From the NCBI GenBank assembly GCA_963719515.1, contig CAVRCJ010000006.1, positions 416,001-480,000 of the forward strand: a DNA stretch of 64,000 nucleotides, written 5' to 3'. Source of the stretch: an uncultured cyanobacterium. Its GTDB lineage: Bacteria > Cyanobacteriota > Cyanobacteriia > CAKZMO01. The notes beneath the pieces are model-generated. The model was not told the origin of the DNA and did no database searches. It saw nothing but the letters and a program-made list of their open reading frames with translations. Shown here piece after piece: positions 19,474-28,528 of the stretch; position 1 is the stretch's first letter, and every line of letters starts with the position of its first letter. The position numbers and the translations under genes are program-made.

Positions 19474-20142
19474 ATGCGGGTTTCTATACTGTGGCTGGGC
19501 TTGACGGCGCTGATGGTGGCAGGGGCGATCGCCCCTCGTGCGGTGGCGCAGTCTGAAGAGGATGAGATGCTGCTTCAAGTCGAGGGCGTGTTAGAAGAAG
19601 GGGACCGGGTTTCTCCCGATGACGGAAGTTTTTATGACACCCACTCCTTTGAAGGGCAGGCAGGGCAGACCGTGTTGATCATGATGGAGAGTGACGAGTT
19701 TGACACTTATTTACTCTTGGCAGATGCGCAGCAGAGACTGGTCGCTCGCAACGACGACCTAAACAGGACAACAACCAATTCGGGCATTGTAGCGACGCTG
19801 CCGCAAGATGGCAGCTATATCGTCGTTGCCAATGGCTTGAATGCAGAGAACCAAGGGCGATATCAGCTCACGGTGCAGGCGGTAGAAGCGCCACCAGCTG
19901 AAACAAGCGTGCCGGAAGCGCCACCAGCTGAGACAGAGGCACCAGAAGCACCATCGGCTGAAATAGGCGTGCCAGGCGTGCCGGAAGTGCCACCGGCTGA
20001 AACAGAGGAACCAGAGGGACCAGAGGGACCAGAGGAACCAGAGGAACCAGAAGCACCATCAGCTGAAATAGGCGTGCCGGAAACGCTACCGGCTGAAACC
20101 GATGCACCGGAAATGCTGCCGGCTGAGACAGAACAGCGCTAG
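19474..20142 (+). CDS. Exported PPC (pre-peptidase C-terminal) domain protein with Pro/Glu repeat tail
   Basis: Signal peptide AVA-Q; DTHSFEGQAGQ, FDTYLLL, ARNDD, GRYQLTV; PEAPPAET repeats. Confidence 0.85.
   Translation: MRVSILWLGLTALMVAGAIAPRAVAQSEEDEMLLQVEGVLEEGDRVSPDDGSFYDTHSFEGQAGQTVLIMMESDEFDTYLLLADAQQRLVARNDDLNRTTTNSGIVATLPQDGSYIVVANGLNAENQGRYQLTVQAVEAPPAETSVPEAPPAETEAPEAPSAEIGVPGVPEVPPAETEEPEGPEGPEEPEEPEAPSAEIGVPETLPAETDAPEMLPAETEQR
19883..20130 (+). repeat. Intragenic tandem repeats encoding (P)EAPxAET and PEG/PEE units
   Basis: Recurrent ~30-nt GAAGCGCCACCAGCTGA units and 9-nt CCAGAGGGA/CCAGAGGAA units. Confidence 0.8.
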
Positions 20143-20438
20143 GAGCTTCAGGAGGTTAGATTCGGGCGATCGCGCTCTTAGCTCAATTCATAGCATCGGC
20201 CCCTTCACTGAGGCCATTCCTGGCGTTAAACCAAAAACCCCAAGTGAAGGGGTGCGGCGATCGCCCGTCGATGAGTAAGCTCCAATCTGGGCCGGGTCCC
20301 AATCACCCATTGGTCTAGCCTTCAAACCTACGTTTCACAGGTTGGTGGATAGAAAAAGGTATCTTATCAGATACCCTGATGGGGAAAGCTTGATGCACAA
20401 CCTCCTCGCCGACAAAGTCCAATCCGACGAGATGGACC

Positions 20439-21185
20439 ATGACTGACCCCATCCCCACCGACATTCTTCAGGAATGCGATCGCCTCAAAACCCAGCTCGA
20501 CGCCCTCCGCCCCCTAGACCCCGCCCTCCTCAAAAACCTCCGAGAACTCTACACCGTCCGCCTCACGCACAACTCCACCGCCATCGAAGGCAACACCCTT
20601 ACTGAAACCGAAACTCAAATCGTCCTCGAAAAAGGCATCACCATCGGCGGCAAACCCCTTCAAGACCACCTAGAAGTGGTCAACCACGCCGAAGCCATCG
20701 ACTACATGCGCGACCTCGCCCAGACCAGCACCCCCATCACCCAATGGGAAGTTCGCCAAATGCATAGCTTGGTGTGCAAAGGAGATAAGCAGGCGGGAGC
20801 CTACCGCACCGTCAATGTCATGGCCGCAGGCACCAACTACCGGTATCCTAACGCCATCCAGGTGCCCGATCTGATGGCCGACTTCGGCACCTGGCTCGCT
20901 CACCCCCACCCCCTACATCCAATTGAAATTGCCACCGAACTCCATGCCCGTTTGGTCACCATTCACCCCTTCACCGACGGCAACGGCAGAGTCGCTCGCC
21001 TCCTAATGAACCTACACCTGCTGCGAACCGGCTACCCAATTGCCGTTGTCCAAGCCACTGACAGAGCCGCTTATATTGATGCTGTCGTCGCCTGGCAAGC
21101 CGGTCACACCAAACTCTTACTCGGTTTAGTGGCCGACTGCGTAAAAGCCTCAGCGATCGAAATCCTCGGTCTAGTGAATGGCTAA
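20439..21185 (+). CDS. Fic family protein (class II, N-terminal inhibitory helix)
   Basis: HPFTDGNGRVAR Fic motif; STAIEGN inhibitory motif. Confidence 0.93.
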   Translation: MTDPIPTDILQECDRLKTQLDALRPLDPALLKNLRELYTVRLTHNSTAIEGNTLTETETQIVLEKGITIGGKPLQDHLEVVNHAEAIDYMRDLAQTSTPITQWEVRQMHSLVCKGDKQAGAYRTVNVMAAGTNYRYPNAIQVPDLMADFGTWLAHPHPLHPIEIATELHARLVTIHPFTDGNGRVARLLMNLHLLRTGYPIAVVQATDRAAYIDAVVAWQAGHTKLLLGLVADCVKASAIEILGLVNG

Positions 21186-21310
21186 CGAATAGCGCTTAAA
21201 CGAGGCTTAATCGTCTGAAAATGCCCCGACGATATCCCAACAGTGACTGGCGGGACAGCCTTCTCAGCGGGCACACTGGTCAAGTACAGTGTCACCCAAG
21301 GTTCCTGAAC

Positions 21311-21652
21311 ATGAGATTTCTAGTCCAGCTGATTGGGTTCGCCCTCATGCTCCTCGGCGTCTACTTTCTCGGGCGCAACATCGTCTTCACCACTAACGTC
21401 TATCCGTACTTTTGGCGTGGCCTCTCCGCCGATCTGTCGGTACTTTGCCTCGTTCTAGGCGTCGTCTGGCTGCTGATCATGCCCATCGGCGCGAGACACT
21501 TCGGCTGGGTCTTCCTGATCGCCGGTATCGTCTTTGTCTTCGGCAGCAGTCGCGCCATTCTCAACCCCACCAGCCTGTGGCAGTTCTTTGTTGCCTTTGC
21601 CGCCATGGCGTCAGGCTACAAAATGCTAGCGACCGGGCGATCGCCATTCTAG
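21311..21652 (+). CDS. Small 4-TM membrane protein
   Basis: Four hydrophobic segments; start at MRFLVQLIG. Confidence 0.7.
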   Translation: MRFLVQLIGFALMLLGVYFLGRNIVFTTNVYPYFWRGLSADLSVLCLVLGVVWLLIMPIGARHFGWVFLIAGIVFVFGSSRAILNPTSLWQFFVAFAAMASGYKMLATGRSPF

Positions 21653-21805
21653 AAACAGTTAGATTCGTGGTCCAAAAAGCGATCGCTCAATCGGGAAACT
21701 GAGCCAGCAGATCCTTACCGGAGATAATTGTCGAAGTGAACATAAAGTCGCGATTTGACCGGTAGCGCGGGTCGGTTTTGATCATCGCCGTGTGGCTAGT
21801 GCAGC

Positions 21806-24800
21806 CTAGGCGATCGCCGATTCTCGGTCGCCTGTGGAATGCTCGTCTAAGGCCAGTTCGTCCTGCGCCACAGCCTGGTGCTCCCGCCAATAATCAAACT
21901 TCGTAGTATCGATATGCTCCACAATGCCGCCTAGCTGCCGCACCTGCTGCACCATGTCGTCTGTGCCGCCGGGGCCGTCGCCCCCCTGCCCGTCCCACAG
22001 CACAAGCAGCCGCATGCAGTCAATCCGGTGAGTGAGGGCGTTGTACAGCGTCCAGCGGTTGTTGCGGCTGTAGATATCCTCCCCATCTGGAACCTTGCCC
22101 AGCCGCTCGGGCTGTAGGTGAATCGTCGCGTCCGGGTGGTTGGCGATCGCGTAGAAGCGCTCCACCCAGCGATCGCCCGCAAAATTCACAGAGTCTTGAA
22201 TAAAGCCTGGAGGGTCAAAGGGGAGATAGATATCGGCCACCATGCCGCGAGCCAGGCAGGACTCTAAAAAGAGAATGTCGCCGCCGCAGGCGATGCCGCC
22301 GCAGATGGCCCTGCAGCCCGACTGAGCGCCCAAACGCTCTAGCACCGCCTCAATGCGCCGCTTGGCTTCCGGCTCCATGGTGGCCGGAAAGCGAGGCTTA
22401 GGCCGACTGGGGCTATCGATCATGTGGCCGGAGAACATAAATACGGGGGCGGCGGTGTCTCCGTCGCCCTCCTCAATCGTGGTGCTGTTGAACCGACGCA
22501 GCTCTTCGTCTAGTACGGTGCGGCCCGCCTCCACATACTCGGGGCGAAATTCCAGCAGGTGCAGCAGATACAGCTGATCCAAAATCGATTGGAGGGCAAA
22601 CTTTTGGTTCCACAGCGCCGTTAGGGCCTTTTTGTAGGCGATCGCCACCTGTATGGGCTCAGACGCGACGCACACCGCGAGGTCTCCCAGGGACGAGGCC
22701 GCCCAAAAGTCCTTGGGGTGGTTTTGCATCTGGCTGCGCAGGCAGAACTCCACCGCCCCCTTGAGGTCCATCATCTGCTGTCGGTAGGCCGCTTCGTCGG
22801 GGTCACCCGTCGGCCCTACCCGCTCCGCTAAGCTGTCCAGCACCGCCGTCAGCATAAAGGCGTTGATGCCAGGGTAATAAGAGTTTTGGTTGAGCCGGAA
22901 GGCGCGCAGGTAGTTTTCAATCGCCTTTTGCAAAAAGTGGGAGGCGTCGTAGGCGGCTTTGATGCGCAGCTCGGCCTCTTCTAAATGGAACCACTTGTCT
23001 TTCCATAGGTCTTTATAGATCCGAGCCAGATAGGCCATGGCCTGGGTGTGATTGGGCTCGTCCTCCAGCAGCGCCTCCAGCTTCACGATGGCCTCGTTGG
23101 GCTGATGCAGGCGGCTGAGGTGGTAGGCCTCCTCGCAGCGAAACTCGACGTTTTCTGGGTTAATGTCTAGCCCTTGTCGGTACTGCTTCAGGGCCAAAGC
23201 AGAGTTCCCCGTATCCCGCAGCACTTTTCCGGCGTAGGCCAGCACGTCTTCTTTCACCAATGGATTTTTCACTTCTTCGGTGAGCAGCAGCACATCGCCG
23301 ATGCGCTTTTGCCGTTGGGCGACCTGCAGCCGCTGCTGCAGACTGGTGTACTCTTCCCAGTAGCCGGTGGCTAGAGGGGTGCGCAGGGTCTTGCGGTCAG
23401 GCTCTATCAAGCCATCCAGCAGGTTGAAGATGGGGCTGTGAATGGCGTTGCGGTCCGACTCCCAGGTGGCAAGCAGGGTGCTGATAATGGCCTGCTTATC
23501 TTTTTTGAGGTGGGCGGGATCAGGACAGCCGCTGTCATCGCAGTGGTAGGGGATGGTGCGCACGTTGAAGATGTCGAAGGGCATGTAGGCCCGTCCGGAT
23601 TGGATGTGGACGATGCCCCGCTTGCGCATGGCGTGGCGGATGCCCAGCTCGTAGTAAACGTTGGCATTGTCGATGCTTAGGTCCGCAATCACCAGGTCCG
23701 CCAGCAGCAGCTCTTGGAACATATCGGTGAGGATGTCGCCGCTGGCGGATTCTTCGTCGGCGCGAAAGGGTTCGAATCGCGCCTCTAGCAGAGCGGGTTT
23801 GATCAAATCGCTGTAGATGCGGTCGAAGTCAATCCAGCTGCCATCGGCTGCCTGCTTACGGCCAAAGGGCATCACGACAAAAGCGTGGGGAGCTCCCCGA
23901 GGCACGGTGGGCAGCTCTGTAGGCACGGGGGCGGGGACAGGGGCGGGCAGAGGCGCAGGCTCTTCTACGACCACCGCTGCAGGCACGTTGGGCGGCACCG
24001 CATCGACGCTCTTGTCGTCGTCGGCCTGAGGTGGCGCGTCCTCGGTATCGGTGAAGCCGACGTCCACCGTGATCGGCGTGATCTCAGGTTCTGTCCCTTG
24101 AGGGACCTGGTCAAGTTCAACGGGGGTGGCGGTGGCGGCCTGCAGCAGCGTCTGGTCCGTATCGTCTAGCTCGGGAATGCCTGAGGGCTGGCCCGTCAGC
24201 AGCGCCTCAGTCGCCACAACCAGCTGAAAAAATTGGGAGCCCGTGCGCTCGTCTGGCATCAGCCCCAGCCAGCGATTGCGAATTAGCATTAGCTCTAGCC
24301 GCCGCTGCGTCGCCGCCTCCAGGGTCGCGGTTAGGCCAGAGATGTCAATCCACAGCCCCACCGCCAGGCTCGCTGCCAGAGGCAAGGCGGCCCACAGCCT
24401 GAAGGGACTGGCCAGCACCAGCAGTAAAATGCTGCAGCCCCCCAAGAGCACCACTACCACCCACAGCACCTGCTGCTGGCGCTGCAGCCCAGCCACCTGC
24501 CGCGCCAGCTGAGAAATTTGCGGGTCAAGGCGTTCTGTCAAGTAGCCTTCTGCCAGCAGGTCGGGGTAGCTCTCGCGGGACGCCGCCTTTGTCATTAGCA
24601 GAACTCCGGTGGGAGCCACCTGCTGCTGCACTTGCTCTACCTGGCAAGTTAGCCAATGATGTCGCTGCGGGATCTTTTGCAGCACGGTACGGTAGAGATA
24701 AATAGCCCGCCCTAGGGTCTCGGTAGCGCTCTGCAGGGCTGCCCAGGACCGCCGCTCTCGCATTTGGCTGGCGCTGACAAACAGCATTACGGCGGCGATC

Positions 24801-25048
24801 GCCAGCCCAATCGCGCCCACGCTGAGACCCAACGCCGAAGATGCCTTAGGGGAAGACAGCAGCGCCAAGAAAATTGCCCCTAACAGCAGCGTCATCCAAG
24901 CCGCTTGGACGAGCAGATATTTTCGAAAGGAGTCGCGACCGCTCTTTTGAAGCTGGATATAGAGCTGCCAAGCATCGGCCAACAGTGAGGAATCGGAGGG
25001 GCGATGGCGTTGCGTCATAGGTGTTGAAGGTGAGAAGGGTAGCTGCAT
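21806..25048 (-). CDS. Multidomain protein: N-terminal SLATT-like TM modules, deoxyribohydrolase/NDT-like domain, TPR (DUF4071/TPR-S-like), C-terminal SLOG-like domain
   Basis: Two 2-TM units (W..L.SATE.L...IYLYRT); AFVVMPFG...ADLVIADLSIDNANVYYELGIRHA; YYPGINA; FSGHMID...ACGGDILF...VLWDGQGGDGPGGT. Confidence 0.75.
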   Translation of the reverse strand: MQLPFSPSTPMTQRHRPSDSSLLADAWQLYIQLQKSGRDSFRKYLLVQAAWMTLLLGAIFLALLSSPKASSALGLSVGAIGLAIAAVMLFVSASQMRERRSWAALQSATETLGRAIYLYRTVLQKIPQRHHWLTCQVEQVQQQVAPTGVLLMTKAASRESYPDLLAEGYLTERLDPQISQLARQVAGLQRQQQVLWVVVVLLGGCSILLLVLASPFRLWAALPLAASLAVGLWIDISGLTATLEAATQRRLELMLIRNRWLGLMPDERTGSQFFQLVVATEALLTGQPSGIPELDDTDQTLLQAATATPVELDQVPQGTEPEITPITVDVGFTDTEDAPPQADDDKSVDAVPPNVPAAVVVEEPAPLPAPVPAPVPTELPTVPRGAPHAFVVMPFGRKQAADGSWIDFDRIYSDLIKPALLEARFEPFRADEESASGDILTDMFQELLLADLVIADLSIDNANVYYELGIRHAMRKRGIVHIQSGRAYMPFDIFNVRTIPYHCDDSGCPDPAHLKKDKQAIISTLLATWESDRNAIHSPIFNLLDGLIEPDRKTLRTPLATGYWEEYTSLQQRLQVAQRQKRIGDVLLLTEEVKNPLVKEDVLAYAGKVLRDTGNSALALKQYRQGLDINPENVEFRCEEAYHLSRLHQPNEAIVKLEALLEDEPNHTQAMAYLARIYKDLWKDKWFHLEEAELRIKAAYDASHFLQKAIENYLRAFRLNQNSYYPGINAFMLTAVLDSLAERVGPTGDPDEAAYRQQMMDLKGAVEFCLRSQMQNHPKDFWAASSLGDLAVCVASEPIQVAIAYKKALTALWNQKFALQSILDQLYLLHLLEFRPEYVEAGRTVLDEELRRFNSTTIEEGDGDTAAPVFMFSGHMIDSPSRPKPRFPATMEPEAKRRIEAVLERLGAQSGCRAICGGIACGGDILFLESCLARGMVADIYLPFDPPGFIQDSVNFAGDRWVERFYAIANHPDATIHLQPERLGKVPDGEDIYSRNNRWTLYNALTHRIDCMRLLVLWDGQGGDGPGGTDDMVQQVRQLGGIVEHIDTTKFDYWREHQAVAQDELALDEHSTGDRESAIA

Positions 25049-25224
25049 AGGGCTGTGGGAGAGCGGTAGCTCCTATTTAGAGTGCTACTGTTTAGCCCGA
25101 CCACAGTGACGTTACTGAACTTCTAAGGCGGAGCCTCCCGCAGTTGGGATTCGCCGATAAATTACCTGCACCCTTTTCGCTTGTTTGTTAGGACACTGAC
25201 TTTAGCAGCATCCCCTTAGACCGC

Positions 25225-25407
25225 TTAATGCCCCGCCATCTTTTGAATGACCGACGTTTGCTGCTCAATCACTGAGGTCTGCTGTTGAGATAGCGCAATC
25301 AGAGACGCAATTGATTCCTGCTGCACCAGCTGCAGCGATCGCAGCTCGCTGATCTCTTGCCTTAGGGACTGAATTTGAGCCTGTACGTCGTCTTGAGAAA
25401 ATTCCAT
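25225..25407 (-). CDS. Small coiled-coil hypothetical protein (60 aa)
   Basis: Heptad-rich Q/L/I/S sequence, co-oriented between the two SLATT genes. Confidence 0.5.
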   Translation of the reverse strand: MEFSQDDVQAQIQSLRQEISELRSLQLVQQESIASLIALSQQQTSVIEQQTSVIQKMAGH

Positions 25408-25458
25408 AGTTGTCCCAAACCTGTTGGTTATTTTACATAAAGCCAGCGGCGACGCGTG

Positions 25459-26880
25459 CTAAGCCACGATGCGCGCCTTGGCCCGGTCGATGTACTTAGA
25501 GAATACATCCCAGCCATGGTAGCCGCCATTGACTAGCTTACGTACGCGCCGCCAGTCTCCGGCCCGGGCCGCTGTCGCGACGCCCCGGTCTTTGAAGTAG
25601 CAGGCCAGCACTTTAGCCGAAACTTCAGGATCCATCGCCAGATCGGGGTTGTTTTCTAAGTCAACGCCGAGCTTTTTACCGTAGGTGCGGTAGTTTGCCC
25701 GGCCCGTCAGCTGAATATAGCCCCGCCCGTGGTAGCGAACCCCATCGCCGGGGTGAATATTCCCCAGATCTTTGCGGCCTTCGTAGCGTTTCCAGTATTT
25801 CTCCCCCCCCCATTCATGAACGGGTTTCATTCCCGAGGTTTCGACGCGGATAGTGGCTAGCATGCCGATGAGCACGTGTTTGTCGAGGATGTCGTAGTCC
25901 TGCAGCGCCGCGAGAATGCCGGGAAGATACTTGCGGCAGTCTTCTAGCGGGCATTCCAGCACTTGCGACACCTCTTCCGCTGTTGCCAGCTGGGGCACTG
26001 AAGCTACGGCCCCATTTCCGCTACGGATTCTCTGGCCGGCTCCATTGCCATTGGCTACTGGCTTTGTCTGGTTCACAAGCGCCCGAAGCGCGTCGAGATC
26101 AACCTCCTCTTCCCAGGGCATCGCCGCAGCCCCCAGTGGCGGCAGCCCCTTCAACGGGTCTAGGCCATTGGGGGCTGCGGTCCCGTTTGCTACCGGCTCG
26201 CTGGCGTCGCCATCAGAAGAATGGGCCAGTCTTTGGCGTTCCTCTAACTGTCGGCGCTCTTCTAGCTGCTGCGCTCGCTCGAGCTGGACGTTAACGTTTC
26301 GCAGGGCGGCCTCGGCATTGAGCTGGGCCTCTTTAGCTGCGAGTTTATCTTCGTCCTGCTTTTCGTCTAAGCGAGCGAGGAATCCTTGGACATCCTGCTG
26401 GATGTATTGCTCGACGCGATTGGCAAAAGCGGTGTAGGCCTCGCTGTGGCTTTCAAACTGGTGATAGGGACCGGAGAGCTGGAAAAACTGCCACCCTTCA
26501 ATCTTCATCCCCTCCGCCGTGTTGCGGTAGTCACGGTATTTGTCGCCGTGGCCGAAGAACTCCTCCACCGCCGCCGAAACGGCAACGATCTGACTGAGCC
26601 CCAAAGCCGTCCATCCGACAGCGTTTTGAAAGCGCTGGTTTTCTTCGCCGGGACTGCGGAAGCTGATTAGCGCCGGCACTAAAACGCCGCCGACAATGGT
26701 GATCATTCGTAGGGTATGGTGGCGGTTGCGCTCTTTAGTGGCCCGGCCCTCTAGCCACATCAGCTGATCCAGCCAGCGATTTTTGAGAAACTCTTTGCGC
26801 AACTCGGAGATATCTAGACGATCGACGATACCGCCCAGGGTGTTCTTGAGATAGTTTCGGTAGTCATTCTTCTTGCCCAT
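25459..26880 (-). CDS. SLATT/DUF4231 membrane module fused to GH19 (lysozyme/chitinase-like) hydrolase
   Basis: RWLDQLMW..2 TM..YRNTAEGMKIEGWQFFQLSGPY; GH19: ATIRVET, GDGVRYHGRGYIQLTGRANY, NPDL, VNGG. Confidence 0.85.
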   Translation of the reverse strand: MGKKNDYRNYLKNTLGGIVDRLDISELRKEFLKNRWLDQLMWLEGRATKERNRHHTLRMITIVGGVLVPALISFRSPGEENQRFQNAVGWTALGLSQIVAVSAAVEEFFGHGDKYRDYRNTAEGMKIEGWQFFQLSGPYHQFESHSEAYTAFANRVEQYIQQDVQGFLARLDEKQDEDKLAAKEAQLNAEAALRNVNVQLERAQQLEERRQLEERQRLAHSSDGDASEPVANGTAAPNGLDPLKGLPPLGAAAMPWEEEVDLDALRALVNQTKPVANGNGAGQRIRSGNGAVASVPQLATAEEVSQVLECPLEDCRKYLPGILAALQDYDILDKHVLIGMLATIRVETSGMKPVHEWGGEKYWKRYEGRKDLGNIHPGDGVRYHGRGYIQLTGRANYRTYGKKLGVDLENNPDLAMDPEVSAKVLACYFKDRGVATAARAGDWRRVRKLVNGGYHGWDVFSKYIDRAKARIVA

Positions 26881-27319
26881 ATGCCTTTAATCCCAAGTGC
26901 TTATCGTTAAACTAGCGCAATTGTGAAGGGCGATCGCGCTCCAGCGCGTTTGCGTAGAACATCCGAGCTGTAGATGGTCCGACGGTTTTCGCCGAACTTC
27001 GCAAATACTGCAGGAAAGTCACAAAAATTCACGTCTTCAAAATCTTAAAAAGTGAAACCTGCTTTAGAGAATCAATACCTAAAAATACGCTGCTCCACTA
27101 AAAATCTCAAGCGGCTGCAGATATTTCCATGAACTTACGTTTCGATGCTTTAGGGGTATTTACCAAAACTTTATTTCGCTCAGGCTATAGTGCAAATATC
27201 TTGCTTTGCCTTGAGGCCGCCTTCCTCGAGGCTAGAGCCAGGATTATTGCCCAGAACGGTGTAATAAGCCGTGCTAATGCGGGCGATTGTGCAACTACCG
27301 CTTAGGCTCCCCAATCGTC

Positions 27320-28513
27320 ATGAATCTTCACCTTAACGTCCTCCAGCCTCAGTACGAGCGAGCGTTTCTCAACTGCGCTATTCGGTCCGACAGTCAGTCG
27401 CAGGTCGAGGCGATCGCCAATCAGATGGTTGGGCTGCGATCGCATTACGAAGCCGTAGAAGCAGAGACGGGAGTGCCCTGGTGGTTTGCCGGGATTTTGC
27501 ACTACCGGGAGTGGAATTTTCGGGAGCCTGAGCTGTTTGAGCGTAAAGCAGCAGAGGTTTTGATTGCCAAAAACTATCATCAGGCCCGTACGCGCACCTT
27601 AGGAGCCTACCTGTGGGGCTTTGACCTTTGGAACGGGTTTCGAGACGGCTCGGGTGAAGACTCCTCCTGGGTGTGGGCGGGCACCAACATTCTTGAAGAG
27701 GACACCCAAAAAATTGGGGTTGCCGCCATCCTGGTGTATCTGCAGAAGAGGAATATCATCGACATGCCTAAGCCCCAAAAGGGGGCGCGGCTGATAGTGC
27801 TTGCAGATACCACCTTTAAGGTCCGGCCCGAGCAGTCCTACCGCCTGAAGTCAGACGAGAAGATGGTCGTCAAGGCGGGGACTCAGCTCGAGGTGCTAGA
27901 AGACGATCCAGCGGAGGGCAACCACACCAAAATTGTGCTCCCCGATGGGGTACTGATGGGGCAGGATAGCCGCAGTGACTGGTATGTGTTCAGAGGGCAT
28001 GTGTCCATGGAGGGCACTGATCCAAAAAATCAGCCCAAGGACGAGCCCGAGGAGCCTGTCGCCTCGGTGGCTTCTGAAGACAAAGGAAACCCCATTACGG
28101 TGCCTAAGCTGGGCACCGTGTATCTCGGCAACCCCATCTTAGAAGGGGGGCATTTTAGCTGGGCTGAGGCCACTAAAAACGGGGCCCGCATTCCCGTAGA
28201 CGGGGGGGTTGTGGACGGCATCCTTAAAATTGCTGAGGTGATGGAAGAGGTGCGGGAGCATCTGGGCGATCGCTCCATTCGGGTTAACTCCTGGTACCGC
28301 GACCCGGTAACCAACCGCCGCGTGGGGGGAGCCAGCAAATCGCGCCACCTGAGCGGCGATGCGGTGGACTTTGTGGTGTCAGGCATCTCTCCGCCTCAGG
28401 TGAATCGTCAGCTCGAGTCCTGGTGGAACAGCCAGGGCGGTCTGGCCAGCGCCAGCAGCTTTACCCACCTCGACGCTCGCGGCTATCGCGCCCGCTGGTC
28501 ATACGGATTTTAG
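27320..28513 (+). CDS. Peptidoglycan hydrolase: lysozyme-like N-term plus peptidase M15A C-term
   Basis: YEAVEAETGVPWWFAGILHYRE; SWYRDP..NRRVGGASKSRHLSGDAVD...FTHLD zinc ligands. Confidence 0.82.
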   Translation: MNLHLNVLQPQYERAFLNCAIRSDSQSQVEAIANQMVGLRSHYEAVEAETGVPWWFAGILHYREWNFREPELFERKAAEVLIAKNYHQARTRTLGAYLWGFDLWNGFRDGSGEDSSWVWAGTNILEEDTQKIGVAAILVYLQKRNIIDMPKPQKGARLIVLADTTFKVRPEQSYRLKSDEKMVVKAGTQLEVLEDDPAEGNHTKIVLPDGVLMGQDSRSDWYVFRGHVSMEGTDPKNQPKDEPEEPVASVASEDKGNPITVPKLGTVYLGNPILEGGHFSWAEATKNGARIPVDGGVVDGILKIAEVMEEVREHLGDRSIRVNSWYRDPVTNRRVGGASKSRHLSGDAVDFVVSGISPPQVNRQLESWWNSQGGLASASSFTHLDARGYRARWSYGF

Positions 28514-28528
28514 TTAGAAAAAGTAGCC

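Noticed and set aside
21687..21785. Short peptide MIKTDPRYRSNRDF resembling a DNA methyltransferase DPPY fragment
   Set aside because: About 32 aa with an imperfect motif; too weak to call.
25459..28513. Prophage lysis cassette
   Set aside because: No integrase, structural, terminase or replication genes nearby; HIP1 sites are present as in host DNA.
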